NCBI RefSeq assembly: GCF_000020025.1
Contig: NC_010628.1
Location: 1,140,001-1,172,000, forward strand
Source: Nostoc punctiforme PCC 73102
GTDB taxonomy: Bacteria; Cyanobacteriota; Cyanobacteriia; Cyanobacteriales; Nostocaceae
Length of the DNA: 32,000 nucleotides
Direction: 5' to 3'
Shown here: in pieces, positions 1-7,877 of the stretch
Position numbering within the stretch: the stretch's first letter is position 1
How the letters are laid out: every line of letters begins with the position of its first letter
The notes under the pieces: generated by a model
Database searches by the model: none
What the model was told of the DNA's origin: nothing
The model's input: only the letters and a program-made list of their open reading frames with translations
Translations under genes and position numbers: made by a program

Positions 1-1
1 C

Positions 2-1702
2 TTAAGTGTGAGTTTCAGCCCGGATGGCAAAACCATCGCCACGGCATCATCTGACAAGACAGCGCGGTTGTGGAACCTGCAAGGTAAACTGCTGCAAGAA
101 TTCAGAGGGCATCGCAGTGGTAGAGGTATGAGTTTCAGCCCGGACGGCAAAACCATCGCCACGGCATCAGAAGACGGGACAACGCGGTTGTGGAACCTGC
201 AAGGGCAACTGCTGCAAGAATTCAAAGGGCATCAAGGCAGTGACGAAGGTGTGAGTTTCAGCCCGGACGGCAAAACCATCGCCACGGCATCACAAGACAA
301 GACAGCGCGGTTGTGGAACCTGCAAGGGCAACTGCTGCAAGAATTCAAAGGGCATCAAGGCGAAGTCTCAAGTGTGAGTTTCAGCCCGGACGGCAAAACC
401 ATCGCCACGGCATCATCTGACAAGACAGCGCGGTTGTGGAACCTGCAAGGGCAACTGCTGCAAGAATTCAAAGGGCATCAACGCGGTGTCAATAGTGTGA
501 GTTTCAGCCTGGACGGCAAAACCATCGCTACGGCATCATCTGACAAGACAGCGCGGTTGTGGAACCTGCAAGGGCAACTGCTGCAAGAATTCAAAGGGCA
601 TCAAGGCCTAGTCTTAAGTGTGAGTTTCAGCCCGGACGGCAAAACCATCGCTACGTCATCAGATGACAAGACAGCGCGGTTGTGGAACCTGCAAAGGCAA
701 CTGCTGCAAGAATTCAAAGGGCATCAAGGCGAAGTCTCAAGTGTGAGTTTCAGCCCGGACGGCAAAACCATCGCCACGGCATCAGAAGACGGGACAGCGC
801 AGTTGTGGAACCTGCAAGGGCAACTGCTGCAAGAATTCAAAGGGCATCGCAGTGGTAGAGGTGTGAGTTTCAGCCCGGACGGCAAAACCATCGCCACGGC
901 ATCAGCTGACAGGACAGCGCAGTTGTGGAACCTGCAAGGGCAACTGCTGCAAGAGTTCAAAGGGCATCAAAACGTAGTCTCAAGTGTGAGTTTCAGCCCG
1001 GACGGCAAAACTATCGCCACGGCATCCTGGGACTGCACAGCGCGGTTGTGGAACCTGCAAGGGCAACTGCTGCAAGAATTCAAAGGGCATCAAGGCGCAG
1101 TCAATAGTGTGAGTTTCAGCCCGGACGGCAAAACCATCGCCACGGCATCAGTTGACGAGACAGCGCGGTTGTGGAACCTGCAAGGGCAACTGCTGCAAGA
1201 ATTCAAAGGGCATCAAAGCGGTGTCAATAGTGCGAAGTTCAGCGCAGTCAATAGTGTGAGTTTCAGCCCGGACGGCAAAACCATCGCCACGGCATCATCT
1301 GACAACACAGCGCAGTTGTGGAACTTGCAAGGGCAACTGCTGCAAGAATTCAAAGGGCATCAAGGCCTAGTCTTAAGTGTGAGTTTCAGCCCGGACGGCA
1401 AAACCATCGCCACGGCATCATCTGACAACACAGCGCGGTTGTGGAACCTGCAAGGGCAACTGTTGCAAGAATTCAAAGGGCATCAACGCGGTGTCAATAG
1501 TGTGAGTTTCAGCCCGGATGGCAAAACCATCGCCACGGCATCTTATGACAAGACTATTAAACTCTGGGATCTAGATTTACACCCTTTAATGAGGCGCAGT
1601 TGTGATTCGGTACGCGATTATTTAACCTATAATCCTTTAAAAGATAATCCTGATGTCAGCGAGAATGACAGGCACTTGTGCGACGGTATTGGCAGAAAGT
1701 AG
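2..1702 (+). CDS. WD40-repeat protein, 3' portion only (the gene continues upstream of the window); 13 near-identical blades plus a short Cys-containing tail
   Basis: The frame is open from base 2 (LSVSFSPDG, mid-blade), so the GTG at 8 is not a real start. There are 13 copies of [40 protein letters not shown] at a 120-126 nt period. The tail [12 protein letters not shown]...[13 protein letters not shown] resembles the C-terminal cap I associate with cyanobacterial STAND/NACHT-WD40 proteins. Stop TAG at 1700-1702. Confidence 0.93.
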   Translation, partial: LSVSFSPDGKTIATASSDKTARLWNLQGKLLQEFRGHRSGRGMSFSPDGKTIATASEDGTTRLWNLQGQLLQEFKGHQGSDEGVSFSPDGKTIATASQDKTARLWNLQGQLLQEFKGHQGEVSSVSFSPDGKTIATASSDKTARLWNLQGQLLQEFKGHQRGVNSVSFSLDGKTIATASSDKTARLWNLQGQLLQEFKGHQGLVLSVSFSPDGKTIATSSDDKTARLWNLQRQLLQEFKGHQGEVSSVSFSPDGKTIATASEDGTAQLWNLQGQLLQEFKGHRSGRGVSFSPDGKTIATASADRTAQLWNLQGQLLQEFKGHQNVVSSVSFSPDGKTIATASWDCTARLWNLQGQLLQEFKGHQGAVNSVSFSPDGKTIATASVDETARLWNLQGQLLQEFKGHQSGVNSAKFSAVNSVSFSPDGKTIATASSDNTAQLWNLQGQLLQEFKGHQGLVLSVSFSPDGKTIATASSDNTARLWNLQGQLLQEFKGHQRGVNSVSFSPDGKTIATASYDKTIKLWDLDLHPLMRRSCDSVRDYLTYNPLKDNPDVSENDRHLCDGIGRK

Positions 1703-1732
1703 GGAGCAGGCTTGCCGTGAGCGTAGCCGAAC

Positions 1733-1815
1733 GGGGGCAGGGGGCAGAGGAGCAGGGGAGCAGGGGAGCAGAGGAGAGTTTTTGTACAAGTTCTTTCCCC
1801 TCTGCTCCTCTGCAC
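1733..1815. repeat. G-rich octamer run (CAGGGGAG/CAGAGGAG) with a complementary C-rich arm; an imperfect hairpin just after the WD40 stop, possibly a terminator
   Basis: gggggcagggggcagaggagcaggggagcaggggagcagaggagag (1733-1778) and tcccctctgctcctctgc (1796-1815) are largely complementary. The same GGGGAGCAGAGGAGCAGG motif recurs at 27791-27808. Confidence 0.6.
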
Positions 1816-1837
1816 TCAAGCTTGTGAGAAATGCGGG

Positions 1838-1896
1838 CTATTGAACCTGATGCAGAGTAGGCGATCGCACTTTGGGAAAACTTCAGGGGCGATCGC
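1838..1896. repeat. Direct repeat copy 1: duplicate of the last 21 nt of the RelE/ParE-like gene plus a HIP1-containing 28-nt unit
   Basis: ctattgaacctgatgcagagtaggcgatcgc at 1838-1868 is identical to 2499-2529. It is followed by actttgggaaaacttcaggggcgatcgc, which matches the units at 2530-2584. Confidence 0.85.
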
Positions 1897-1897
1897 C

Positions 1898-1927
1898 TTG
1901 ATCGAGGAAAAGTGCGATTGGTATACT
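1898..1927 (+). promoter_or_regulatory. Possible sigma70-type promoter for the TA cassette (TTGATC - 18 nt - TATACT)
   Basis: ttgatc at 1898-1903 and tatact at 1922-1927, about 30 nt upstream of the ATG at 1959. Based on hexamer resemblance only. Confidence 0.3.
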
Positions 1928-1958
1928 GAGAACAACTTCTAGAAAGGGCGATCGCATC

Positions 1959-2207
1959 ATGACGACACGCGAACTCTTATTCCAGGAACTAGCAAACACA
2001 TCCGATGAACTTTTGCTACCAGTGCTGCAATTTTTGCAATTTCTCAAAACGCATCCGATTCAATCTGCTGAACTTGAACTGGACACTTTGGAAACCATCA
2101 TCAGTCTTCGGCAGGGATTAGCCGAGTTTGATCGCGGTGAAGGACTTCCTGCTACTCAAGCCTTAGAAGAACTGCGTCATCGACTCCAGATTCCCCCTCG
2201 CCCATGA
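1959..2207 (+). CDS. Type II antitoxin (ParD/RelB-like; the N-terminus is DUF2281-like)
   Basis: 82 aa. The stop overlaps the downstream toxin start (ATGA at 2204-2207). The N-terminus has an LLLPVLQFLQFLK motif, and the C-terminus has LRQGLAEFDRGEGLPATQALEELR, typical of ParD-type antitoxins. Confidence 0.75.
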   Translation: MTTRELLFQELANTSDELLLPVLQFLQFLKTHPIQSAELELDTLETIISLRQGLAEFDRGEGLPATQALEELRHRLQIPPRP

Positions 2208-2521
2208 CTTATCAGGTTTTACTTCAGCCAACTGCGTTTCAAGACATAGAAAACATTTACCGTTGGACGTATGACAACCTAGATGCTGAAACTGCTAATC
2301 AATGGTATTACGACCTGCAAGATGAGATTGCCTCCCTACAATTGTTTCCCAAACGATGCCCAATAGCACCCGAAGCACAAGCGATTGGGCGAGAAATTCG
2401 TCAACTCCTCGTCGGTAAACGTAGACAATATCGAGTATTGTTTGTGGTTGAGGAGAATGTTGTAGCTATTATTCATATCCGCCACAGTCGTCAAGCACCT
2501 ATTGAACCTGATGCAGAGTAG
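2204..2521 (+). CDS. RelE/ParE-family type II toxin
   Basis: 105 aa. Pattern: AxxDIxxIYxW ... W ... FPxRCP ... R(Q)LLVGKRRxYRVLFVVEENVVAIIHIRH, the characteristic ParE/RelE fold signature. Translationally coupled to the upstream small ORF. Confidence 0.8.
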   Translation: MTYQVLLQPTAFQDIENIYRWTYDNLDAETANQWYYDLQDEIASLQLFPKRCPIAPEAQAIGREIRQLLVGKRRQYRVLFVVEENVVAIIHIRHSRQAPIEPDAE

Positions 2522-2584
2522 GCGATCGCGTTTCAGGAAACTTCAGGGGCGATCGCGCTTTGGGAAAACTTCAGTGGCGATCGC
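2499..2584. repeat. Direct repeat copy 2 plus a tandem of about 28-nt HIP1-bearing units
   Basis: 2499-2529 is identical to 1838-1868. Next come gtttcaggaaacttcaggggcgatcgc (2530-2556) and gctttgggaaaacttcagtggcgatcgc (2557-2584). Confidence 0.85.
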
Positions 2585-2597
2585 GCTTTGAGGAACG

Positions 2598-2647
2598 AAA
2601 CCCAACATTTTCATTGATTTGTTGGGTTTTGCTTCCCTATGGGAAGC
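2598..2647. repeat. Two adjacent perfect hairpins (Nostoc-type small dispersed repeat look-alike)
   Basis: aaacccaaca (2598-2607) pairs with tgttgggttt (2620-2629), a 10-bp perfect stem. gcttccc (2631-2637) pairs with gggaagc (2641-2647). Confidence 0.6.
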
Positions 2648-2707
2648 TACGCGAAGGTTTAACTCAACCTATAAAGTTTATGATTTTAATCAAGTGCCCA
2701 AAAACAA

Positions 2708-2746
2708 GATCCCCCTAGTCGTATTTTTCATCGAGCTAGGGGGATC
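2708..2746. repeat. Perfect 11-bp inverted repeat (gatccccctag / ctagggggatc) with a 17-nt loop
   Basis: Seen directly at 2708-2718 and 2736-2746. It lies in a 440-bp non-coding stretch. Confidence 0.6.
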
Positions 2747-2965
2747 ACATATATGGTAGTCTATAAAAGATTCGGTATAGTTCCTTACGAATCGATTCTA
2801 TAGCCTATATTTCAGTTTGGGTAGTATTACCTTTAGAATTTATAGTATTTTTACAGCTTCTTAATGAATGCTTCATCCCTGTTCTTCCCTAGAGAAGCGG
2901 TATATGTAAGTATGACAGTACGCAATGTGCGTAACTTGTCATTTTTGTGAGTATCTGTAAAAAAT

Positions 2966-3529
2966 ATGAAATTTAAGATTGTTGCTACCGTCGTTTTGTT
3001 AGCTTGTTTTGGGTTTGCAGAGCAGGCCCTGGCATTAAACCAGCTAGATTTAGATCAGTTGAAGGCAACAAGTGCCTGTCCCCGATGTAATTTGAGTGGT
3101 GCTGACCTCACTAAACTAAATCTAACTGGAGCAAATTTGCGAGGGGCTGACTTGAGTGGTGCAACATTATCTAAAGCTAATCTTACCAATGCCGATCTCA
3201 CAGGTGCAAATTTAGAAGGTGCGATTCTGAATTCTGTCAATCTCATGGGTGCTTCCTTAACCGGAGCAAATTTGAAATCAGCATCTCTAGAATACGCTGA
3301 TTTATCTTATGCCGGTTTCATCAGTGCCAATTTGGAAGCAGCAAACTTAAAAGATGCTAAATTGCAGTTTACTAATTTTCGGGGGGCTAACTTCCGACTA
3401 ACAACTATGGCTAATGGTGTCGTCACCTCAGATATGCCTTATAGCTGGTCGTCAGAGCGTCAAAAGACCAGAGAATGTAACGATTTCAAACCCGAAAATA
3501 CTCCAGGCACAACCTGTTATTCAAAATAA
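2966..3529 (+). CDS. Secreted pentapeptide-repeat protein
   Basis: N-terminal signal-like segment MKFKIVATVVLLACFGFAEQALA, followed by about 20 consecutive A(D/N)LxG-type pentapeptides (ADLTKLNLTGANLRGADLSGATLSKANLTNADLTGANLEGA...). Confidence 0.9.
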   Translation: MKFKIVATVVLLACFGFAEQALALNQLDLDQLKATSACPRCNLSGADLTKLNLTGANLRGADLSGATLSKANLTNADLTGANLEGAILNSVNLMGASLTGANLKSASLEYADLSYAGFISANLEAANLKDAKLQFTNFRGANFRLTTMANGVVTSDMPYSWSSERQKTRECNDFKPENTPGTTCYSK

Positions 3530-3531
3530 AC

Positions 3532-3655
3532 GGGGAATGGGGAATGGGGAATGGGGCATGAAGAAGAGACAAGGGAGACAAGGAAGAGGGAGGAGACAAG
3601 GAAGAGACTTGTCCAATAATTTCCCCTTGTCCCCCTCGTCCCCTTCCCCCTGCCT
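3532..3655. repeat. STRR-like heptamers (GGGGAAT x3-4) joined to a G-rich/C-rich imperfect long hairpin
   Basis: ggggaatggggaatggggaatgggg at 3532-3556. A purine-rich arm (gagacaagggagacaaggaagaggg...) is followed by a complementary pyrimidine-rich arm (ccccttgtccccctcgtccccttccccctgcc). It lies immediately 3' of the pentapeptide gene. Confidence 0.75.
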
Positions 3656-3737
3656 CATTCAACTATGCTGGTATAGCAAAAGCATTTTGTTTGTTAATGG
3701 TTCTTTATCATGGGAAAAAAGCTTGTAGTTAATTGAA

Positions 3738-4925
3738 TTGATGCTTACCCATATTAAAGACTTAGCAGCAAAACTAGCGCCTCGCTTGATTGAAATTCGC
3801 CGCCACATCCACTCTCACCCAGAACTCAGTGGTCAAGAGTACCAAACAGCAGCCTTCGTAGCTGGTGTTTTGTCTTCCAGTGGTCTGCATGTACAAGAGG
3901 GAGTTGGCAAAACGGGCGTAGTTGGAGAACTCCAAGGCACTGGCCAAAATGACCGTTTATTGGCAATTCGCACCGATATGGATGCCTTGCCAATTCAAGA
4001 GGGCACAAATTTGGAATACGCCTCTCGTGCAGAGGGTGTTATGCACGCTTGTGGTCACGATGTCCATACTACCGTGGGGTTAGGAACAGCGATGGTTCTT
4101 TCCCAGATGGCAGAGGAATTAGGTGGGAAAGTGCGGTTTTTATTTCAACCAGCCGAGGAAATTGCTCAAGGAGCAAGCTGGATGGTGAAAGATGGGGCGA
4201 TGGAAAACGTCTCAGCTGTATTAGGGATTCATGTTTTCCCTTCTATACCCGCAGGATCTATTGGCGTGCGTTACGGGGCTTTAACAGCCGCCGCAGATGA
4301 TTTAGAAATTCTAATTATGGGAGAATCTGGGCACGGTGCGCGTCCTCATGAGGCCATTGATGCAATTTGGATTGCTTGCCAAGTTATTACTGCATTGCAA
4401 CAAGCGATCAGCCGAACGCAGAACCCCTTGCGTCCTGTAGTATTGAGTATCGGAAAGATTAATGGTGGCAGAGCGCCGAATATAATTGCTGATAAAGTGC
4501 AGTTATTGGGAACCGTGCGATCGCTCCATCCCGAAACCCGTGCCCATCTCCCAAACTGGATTGAAAACATTGTATCTAGTGTCTGCCAGACCTACGGGGC
4601 AAAGTATCAAGTCAATTATCGCCAGGGTGTACCCAGTGTTCAAAATGATTATGCTTTGACGCAATTGTTACAATCAGCCGCAGAAGAAGCCTGGAGTAGC
4701 GATCGCGTTCAAGTTTTACCCGAACCTTCTCTTGGTGCTGAAGATTTTTCTATGTATTTGGAACACGTCCCTGGCTCCATGTTTCGCTTGGGTGTGGGCT
4801 ACAAAGAAAGAATGATTAACCACCCATTACACCATCCCCAATTTGAAGTCGATGAATCTGCCATTCTCACTGGGGTTGTAACTATGGCTTATGCCGCTTA
4901 TAAATATTGTCAGCAAAATTTTTAA
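3738..4925 (+). CDS. M20-family amidohydrolase (N-acyl-L-amino-acid amidohydrolase / hippurate hydrolase type)
   Basis: The signature HACGHDVHTTxxLG and GxxxFLFQPAEE, plus ...GHGARPH..., mark the M20D subfamily. The likely true start is the ATG at 3741; TTG at 3738 opens the ORF. Confidence 0.9.
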   Translation: MMLTHIKDLAAKLAPRLIEIRRHIHSHPELSGQEYQTAAFVAGVLSSSGLHVQEGVGKTGVVGELQGTGQNDRLLAIRTDMDALPIQEGTNLEYASRAEGVMHACGHDVHTTVGLGTAMVLSQMAEELGGKVRFLFQPAEEIAQGASWMVKDGAMENVSAVLGIHVFPSIPAGSIGVRYGALTAAADDLEILIMGESGHGARPHEAIDAIWIACQVITALQQAISRTQNPLRPVVLSIGKINGGRAPNIIADKVQLLGTVRSLHPETRAHLPNWIENIVSSVCQTYGAKYQVNYRQGVPSVQNDYALTQLLQSAAEEAWSSDRVQVLPEPSLGAEDFSMYLEHVPGSMFRLGVGYKERMINHPLHHPQFEVDESAILTGVVTMAYAAYKYCQQNF

Positions 4926-4927
4926 AC

Positions 4928-4966
4928 AAAAGCTTCCAGCACATCAGGACTGGGAGCTTTTGTTTA
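4928..4966. terminator. Bidirectional rho-independent terminator between convergent genes
   Basis: aaaagcttccag (4928-4939) pairs with ctgggagctttt (4950-4961), a 12-bp stem with one G-U. The flanks are A-rich on the 5' side and T-rich on the 3' side. Confidence 0.7.
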
Positions 4967-5006
4967 ACTAACTTGTTTTAGCGGATATAGAAAGCTCAAA
5001 AGCATC

Positions 5007-6059
5007 CTACGCATTCGATTCGCTAACAACGCCCAATTTCTCTTGAATTCGGGTCTTAGCGGCTTTGAATTCAGTCGCCAGTTGCTCACTTTGATCGCTG
5101 CTCAAGTTGTTACGAATGGCAGCAAACATTGTGCTTTCTTCTTGACGAATATGGTCGCCAACAGCTTCCATCAGCTGTCTAACTCGATCTTTGAATTCAG
5201 ATGAAGAAGGGCTGATAGCCTTAATTTGCTCTAACACCCGCTTCATCTCAGCTTGCTCGTCAAACAATTCTTGGGTGTTATCTTGACCGTAGAAAGGACG
5301 TACTCTTGGATAGACTACTTCCTCTTCAGCTTCGGCATGAGCGGTTAGATCCTTGTAAATCTGACCGAAGTATTCTTGGATCTTTTGTGGATTGTCGCTT
5401 TGCAGAAGTTCGGTAAATAGGGTATTTACCTTGTTGTGATCGAGGCGGATAACATCCTGGATATTCAGATCGCTTTTGTCACTGGTTTGGGTAACAGCAC
5501 TACCTACTACACCACTTACCGCAGCCATCGCGTCTTGAACGCGCGCCCAAATTCCTTGATCTGCATCTTGTCCAGTGAATTCACGGACACCCAGAATTTC
5601 CAGAATGCCTTTGAGTTGTTCTTGGTGAGCGCGGTTCTCAAAGTTAATGGTATTCAAAGGCCCGATCGCTAACAACACATCAGCACCAACTTTTTGAGCA
5701 GCCTTGTGAACTATCAAGCCACTCATTACTAGTTGATGTTTCAGCAATTCATGCTGAGATACTTTTTCATACAGGCTCAACTCAGAACCTTTGAACAATT
5801 CGCGAGCTTTTTCAATGAATTGTGTAACATTTTTTTTGGGTTCAGCCTGAATGCCATACTGACCAATTACAGTTTCCAGAACGCCAAGATTTTTTTCATC
5901 ATCTTTGAGGAAATTTCGGATGCGATCGGCAATTTCGGCATCGAGTCCTTCTCTCAAAAGCGATTGTTCATTTTCGATAACCAACTGTTGAAGTGCTTTG
6001 ATACTAGCCAATTTCACAGCAATAGCATTGCGTTTCGTATCATCTAAAGTAGCTACCAT
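5007..6059 (-). CDS. Hemerythrin (HHE cation-binding) domain protein with an N-terminal helical, ferritin-like or unknown domain
   Basis: The C-terminal half has spaced H/E motifs: DVIRLDHNKVNTLF, LTAHAEAEEEVVYP, VGDHIRQEESTMF. The N-terminal 190 aa is helical and I cannot assign it. Confidence 0.8.
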   Translation of the reverse strand: MVATLDDTKRNAIAVKLASIKALQQLVIENEQSLLREGLDAEIADRIRNFLKDDEKNLGVLETVIGQYGIQAEPKKNVTQFIEKARELFKGSELSLYEKVSQHELLKHQLVMSGLIVHKAAQKVGADVLLAIGPLNTINFENRAHQEQLKGILEILGVREFTGQDADQGIWARVQDAMAAVSGVVGSAVTQTSDKSDLNIQDVIRLDHNKVNTLFTELLQSDNPQKIQEYFGQIYKDLTAHAEAEEEVVYPRVRPFYGQDNTQELFDEQAEMKRVLEQIKAISPSSSEFKDRVRQLMEAVGDHIRQEESTMFAAIRNNLSSDQSEQLATEFKAAKTRIQEKLGVVSESNA

Positions 6060-6338
6060 CCGTAGTTCTCCTCGGCAAAGTGTTCATAATTATTACTGAT
6101 TTAAGATTGACATGGAGGATAGGGAGATTTCATCTTTCTTTTGAGTGATAGCTCTCATGACTCTGGGTAGACAAAAGTTTAGCGTTACAGAACAGAAATA
6201 CAAATTGAAGCGATCTCCTCGATTTATAGTTCTAAATTAAGGACAGTTATTTAGGATTACATCCAAATTGAACAGATAAACAGATTACCTAATTTTGAAG
6301 CAATCTATATCTCTAGAATGAAAATTAATCTCAAAAAA

Positions 6339-7805
6339 TTACTTCTTATTCAAGAGGTCAAAATCATAAGTAGTTCCAGAAGAACAACGCTCACAACGCT
6401 CTATTTTGACTAGCAAAGCTTCTCCTTGACGCTCACCCGAAGGCGAAAACTTAATCATTCCTGTGGCTCCAGAAGTTGAAAAATCACGATTAGACAATAC
6501 CTTTTGCAACCCTTCGCGAGTATTATCTTGTTTCAAGCCAGTGATAATTACTTGGAGTGCATCATAAGCTCCGGCTGTTCTCTGATTTACCCGTGCATTC
6601 CAAAGCTTAAAGGCATTTTCTGCAAATGGATTATTTTTATTAGCATCACGATGCCAATATACAGGTAGTACCATTCCTTCTAGATCGGTGCCATTTTGCA
6701 AAGTTGTTGAACTGTACATAGTTTCGGAAGCAAAGAGAGGTTTTCTGCCTTTAACCTCTTGTGCTACTTTGGTGGCAAAATATATATTTCTGACTGAAGG
6801 TAATAGTAAAAAGCCACTGGCGTTTTCTGTTTCTATAGCTTTATCTACAAAAGCTCTATAATCCAAATCTTTGTCTGCCAAATTGCAAGGTGTGCTAATA
6901 ACCTTACTTCCATATTTTTGGAGAGCTTGAGTGTACTGTTCTACAAGTATCTGATTAGATGAAAAGCCTGAATTATCTCTTGAGCTACGAACATCGCCAC
7001 AAATAGCAACATTTCTTCCCTGTCGAGCAATGTAGCGAGCATGAGTATCTACTAAATTATCATATAGCGGATTTACATGAAATAAGTAGTTTGTTGTGGA
7101 ACTATTTGGCTGACTACTTACTGCATTATTATCTAGCTTTTCTTGATTTTCGGCTTGAGTTGGGCGCTCGACAGGAAAGACTAACACCAAGTGCTTTTCA
7201 TTATAAATTGCAGCATTACGTCTAACTCCCACTGCTGCCACAATACTTTTGTCTTTAAACAATTCATTATCTAATTGGGCAAAGTCTTCTCTATTCTCAG
7301 CACTTGCAATCACAAGTTGCAGCTTTTTACCATCAATTCCTCCTTGATTATTAATTTCATTTTGAGCTTGAGCTACACCACGCAAAATTTCTTCTGATAA
7401 ATTAGTATCAAAGTTAATTGATGCTATAACAGCAACTTTTAGAGCGCTAGAATTATCCCGTAAAATTTTAGCGTTATTTAAGTAAATTAGAGTTTCTGGG
7501 TCATTAGGATTATTTTTTAATGAAGCGCTAAACTTTTGAACAGCAGTGGTAAAATCTTTTTGTTCAAAAGCTTTCACTCCATCTGTTTTATCAGGATATG
7601 TTTGCACTTTCAACAAAATTCTTGTACCCAAATTCATTAAGGGAGGCTTATTCTTAACTTCACTTGAACTAGATGTAGGGTTGTTTAATGATGTTATTAC
7701 GATATTAGAAGAAAGTTGTCTAATTAACCACAAAATAGCTGCTACCATTACTCCAGCCAGCCCCAGAGAAATAAGCAACTTCAGGTTCTCTTTTTTATTA
7801 GTCAT
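6339..7805 (-). CDS. Membrane-anchored periplasmic binding protein (LivK / Peripla_BP_6-like) with one TPR-like motif
   Basis: N-terminal TM segment LISLGLAGVMVAAILWLI. TPR-like segment FEQKDFTTAVQKFSASLKNNPNDPETLIYLNNA. LivK-type core: LKVAVIASI...LRGVAQAQNEINNQGGIDGKKLQLVIA...VAAVG. Confidence 0.8.
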   Translation of the reverse strand: MTNKKENLKLLISLGLAGVMVAAILWLIRQLSSNIVITSLNNPTSSSSEVKNKPPLMNLGTRILLKVQTYPDKTDGVKAFEQKDFTTAVQKFSASLKNNPNDPETLIYLNNAKILRDNSSALKVAVIASINFDTNLSEEILRGVAQAQNEINNQGGIDGKKLQLVIASAENREDFAQLDNELFKDKSIVAAVGVRRNAAIYNEKHLVLVFPVERPTQAENQEKLDNNAVSSQPNSSTTNYLFHVNPLYDNLVDTHARYIARQGRNVAICGDVRSSRDNSGFSSNQILVEQYTQALQKYGSKVISTPCNLADKDLDYRAFVDKAIETENASGFLLLPSVRNIYFATKVAQEVKGRKPLFASETMYSSTTLQNGTDLEGMVLPVYWHRDANKNNPFAENAFKLWNARVNQRTAGAYDALQVIITGLKQDNTREGLQKVLSNRDFSTSGATGMIKFSPSGERQGEALLVKIERCERCSSGTTYDFDLLNKK

Positions 7806-7877
7806 GAATAATACTCCAAGTTATACAAAGCTTATTAAAAATCAAGATGCAGTCGAAAATTAACCTATACTTAAATT

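Noticed and set aside
724-1107. ORFs 724-960 (minus strand) and 925-1107 (plus strand, alternative frame) inside the WD40 gene
   Set aside because: They are shadow frames kept open by the near-identical 126-nt repeats. The peptides are themselves periodic and have no start context, and the WD40 frame is clearly the coding one.
1627-1844. Three short ORFs (1627-1815 minus, 1637-1819 minus, 1653-1844 plus) over the WD40 3' end and the G-rich repeat
   Set aside because: They run through the low-complexity GGGGAGCAG repeat hairpin and overlap the real gene end. The peptides are compositionally biased and non-protein-like.
2529-2584. Possible CRISPR-like array (regularly spaced GCGATCGC-containing ~28-nt units); the 21-bp array at 28828-29016 was considered for the same reason
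   Set aside because: The units are directly tandem with no unique spacers, there are too few of them, and no cas genes are in the window. The palindrome is the genome-wide HIP1 motif.
3055-3246. Antisense ORF within the secreted pentapeptide-repeat gene
   Set aside because: Pentapeptide-repeat DNA is open on the opposite strand by composition. The product is an (S/A)APxKF-type mirror repeat. The same reasoning rejects 15957-16271 and 16308-16724, antisense to the large pentapeptide gene.
3414-3728. 104-aa ORF spanning the heptamer/G-rich element after the pentapeptide gene
   Set aside because: It overlaps the end of the real gene out of frame. It is otherwise made of translated STRR and purine-rich repeats (GMGNGEWGMKKRQGRQGRGRRQGR).
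4049-4570. Internal and antisense ORFs within the M20 amidohydrolase gene (4049-4300 plus, 4346-4570 minus, 3826-4008 minus). Similar internal ORFs lie in the hemerythrin, typA, vWA and TamB genes.
   Set aside because: They are all nested in, or antisense to, genes with strong family signatures, and they lack any motif of their own.
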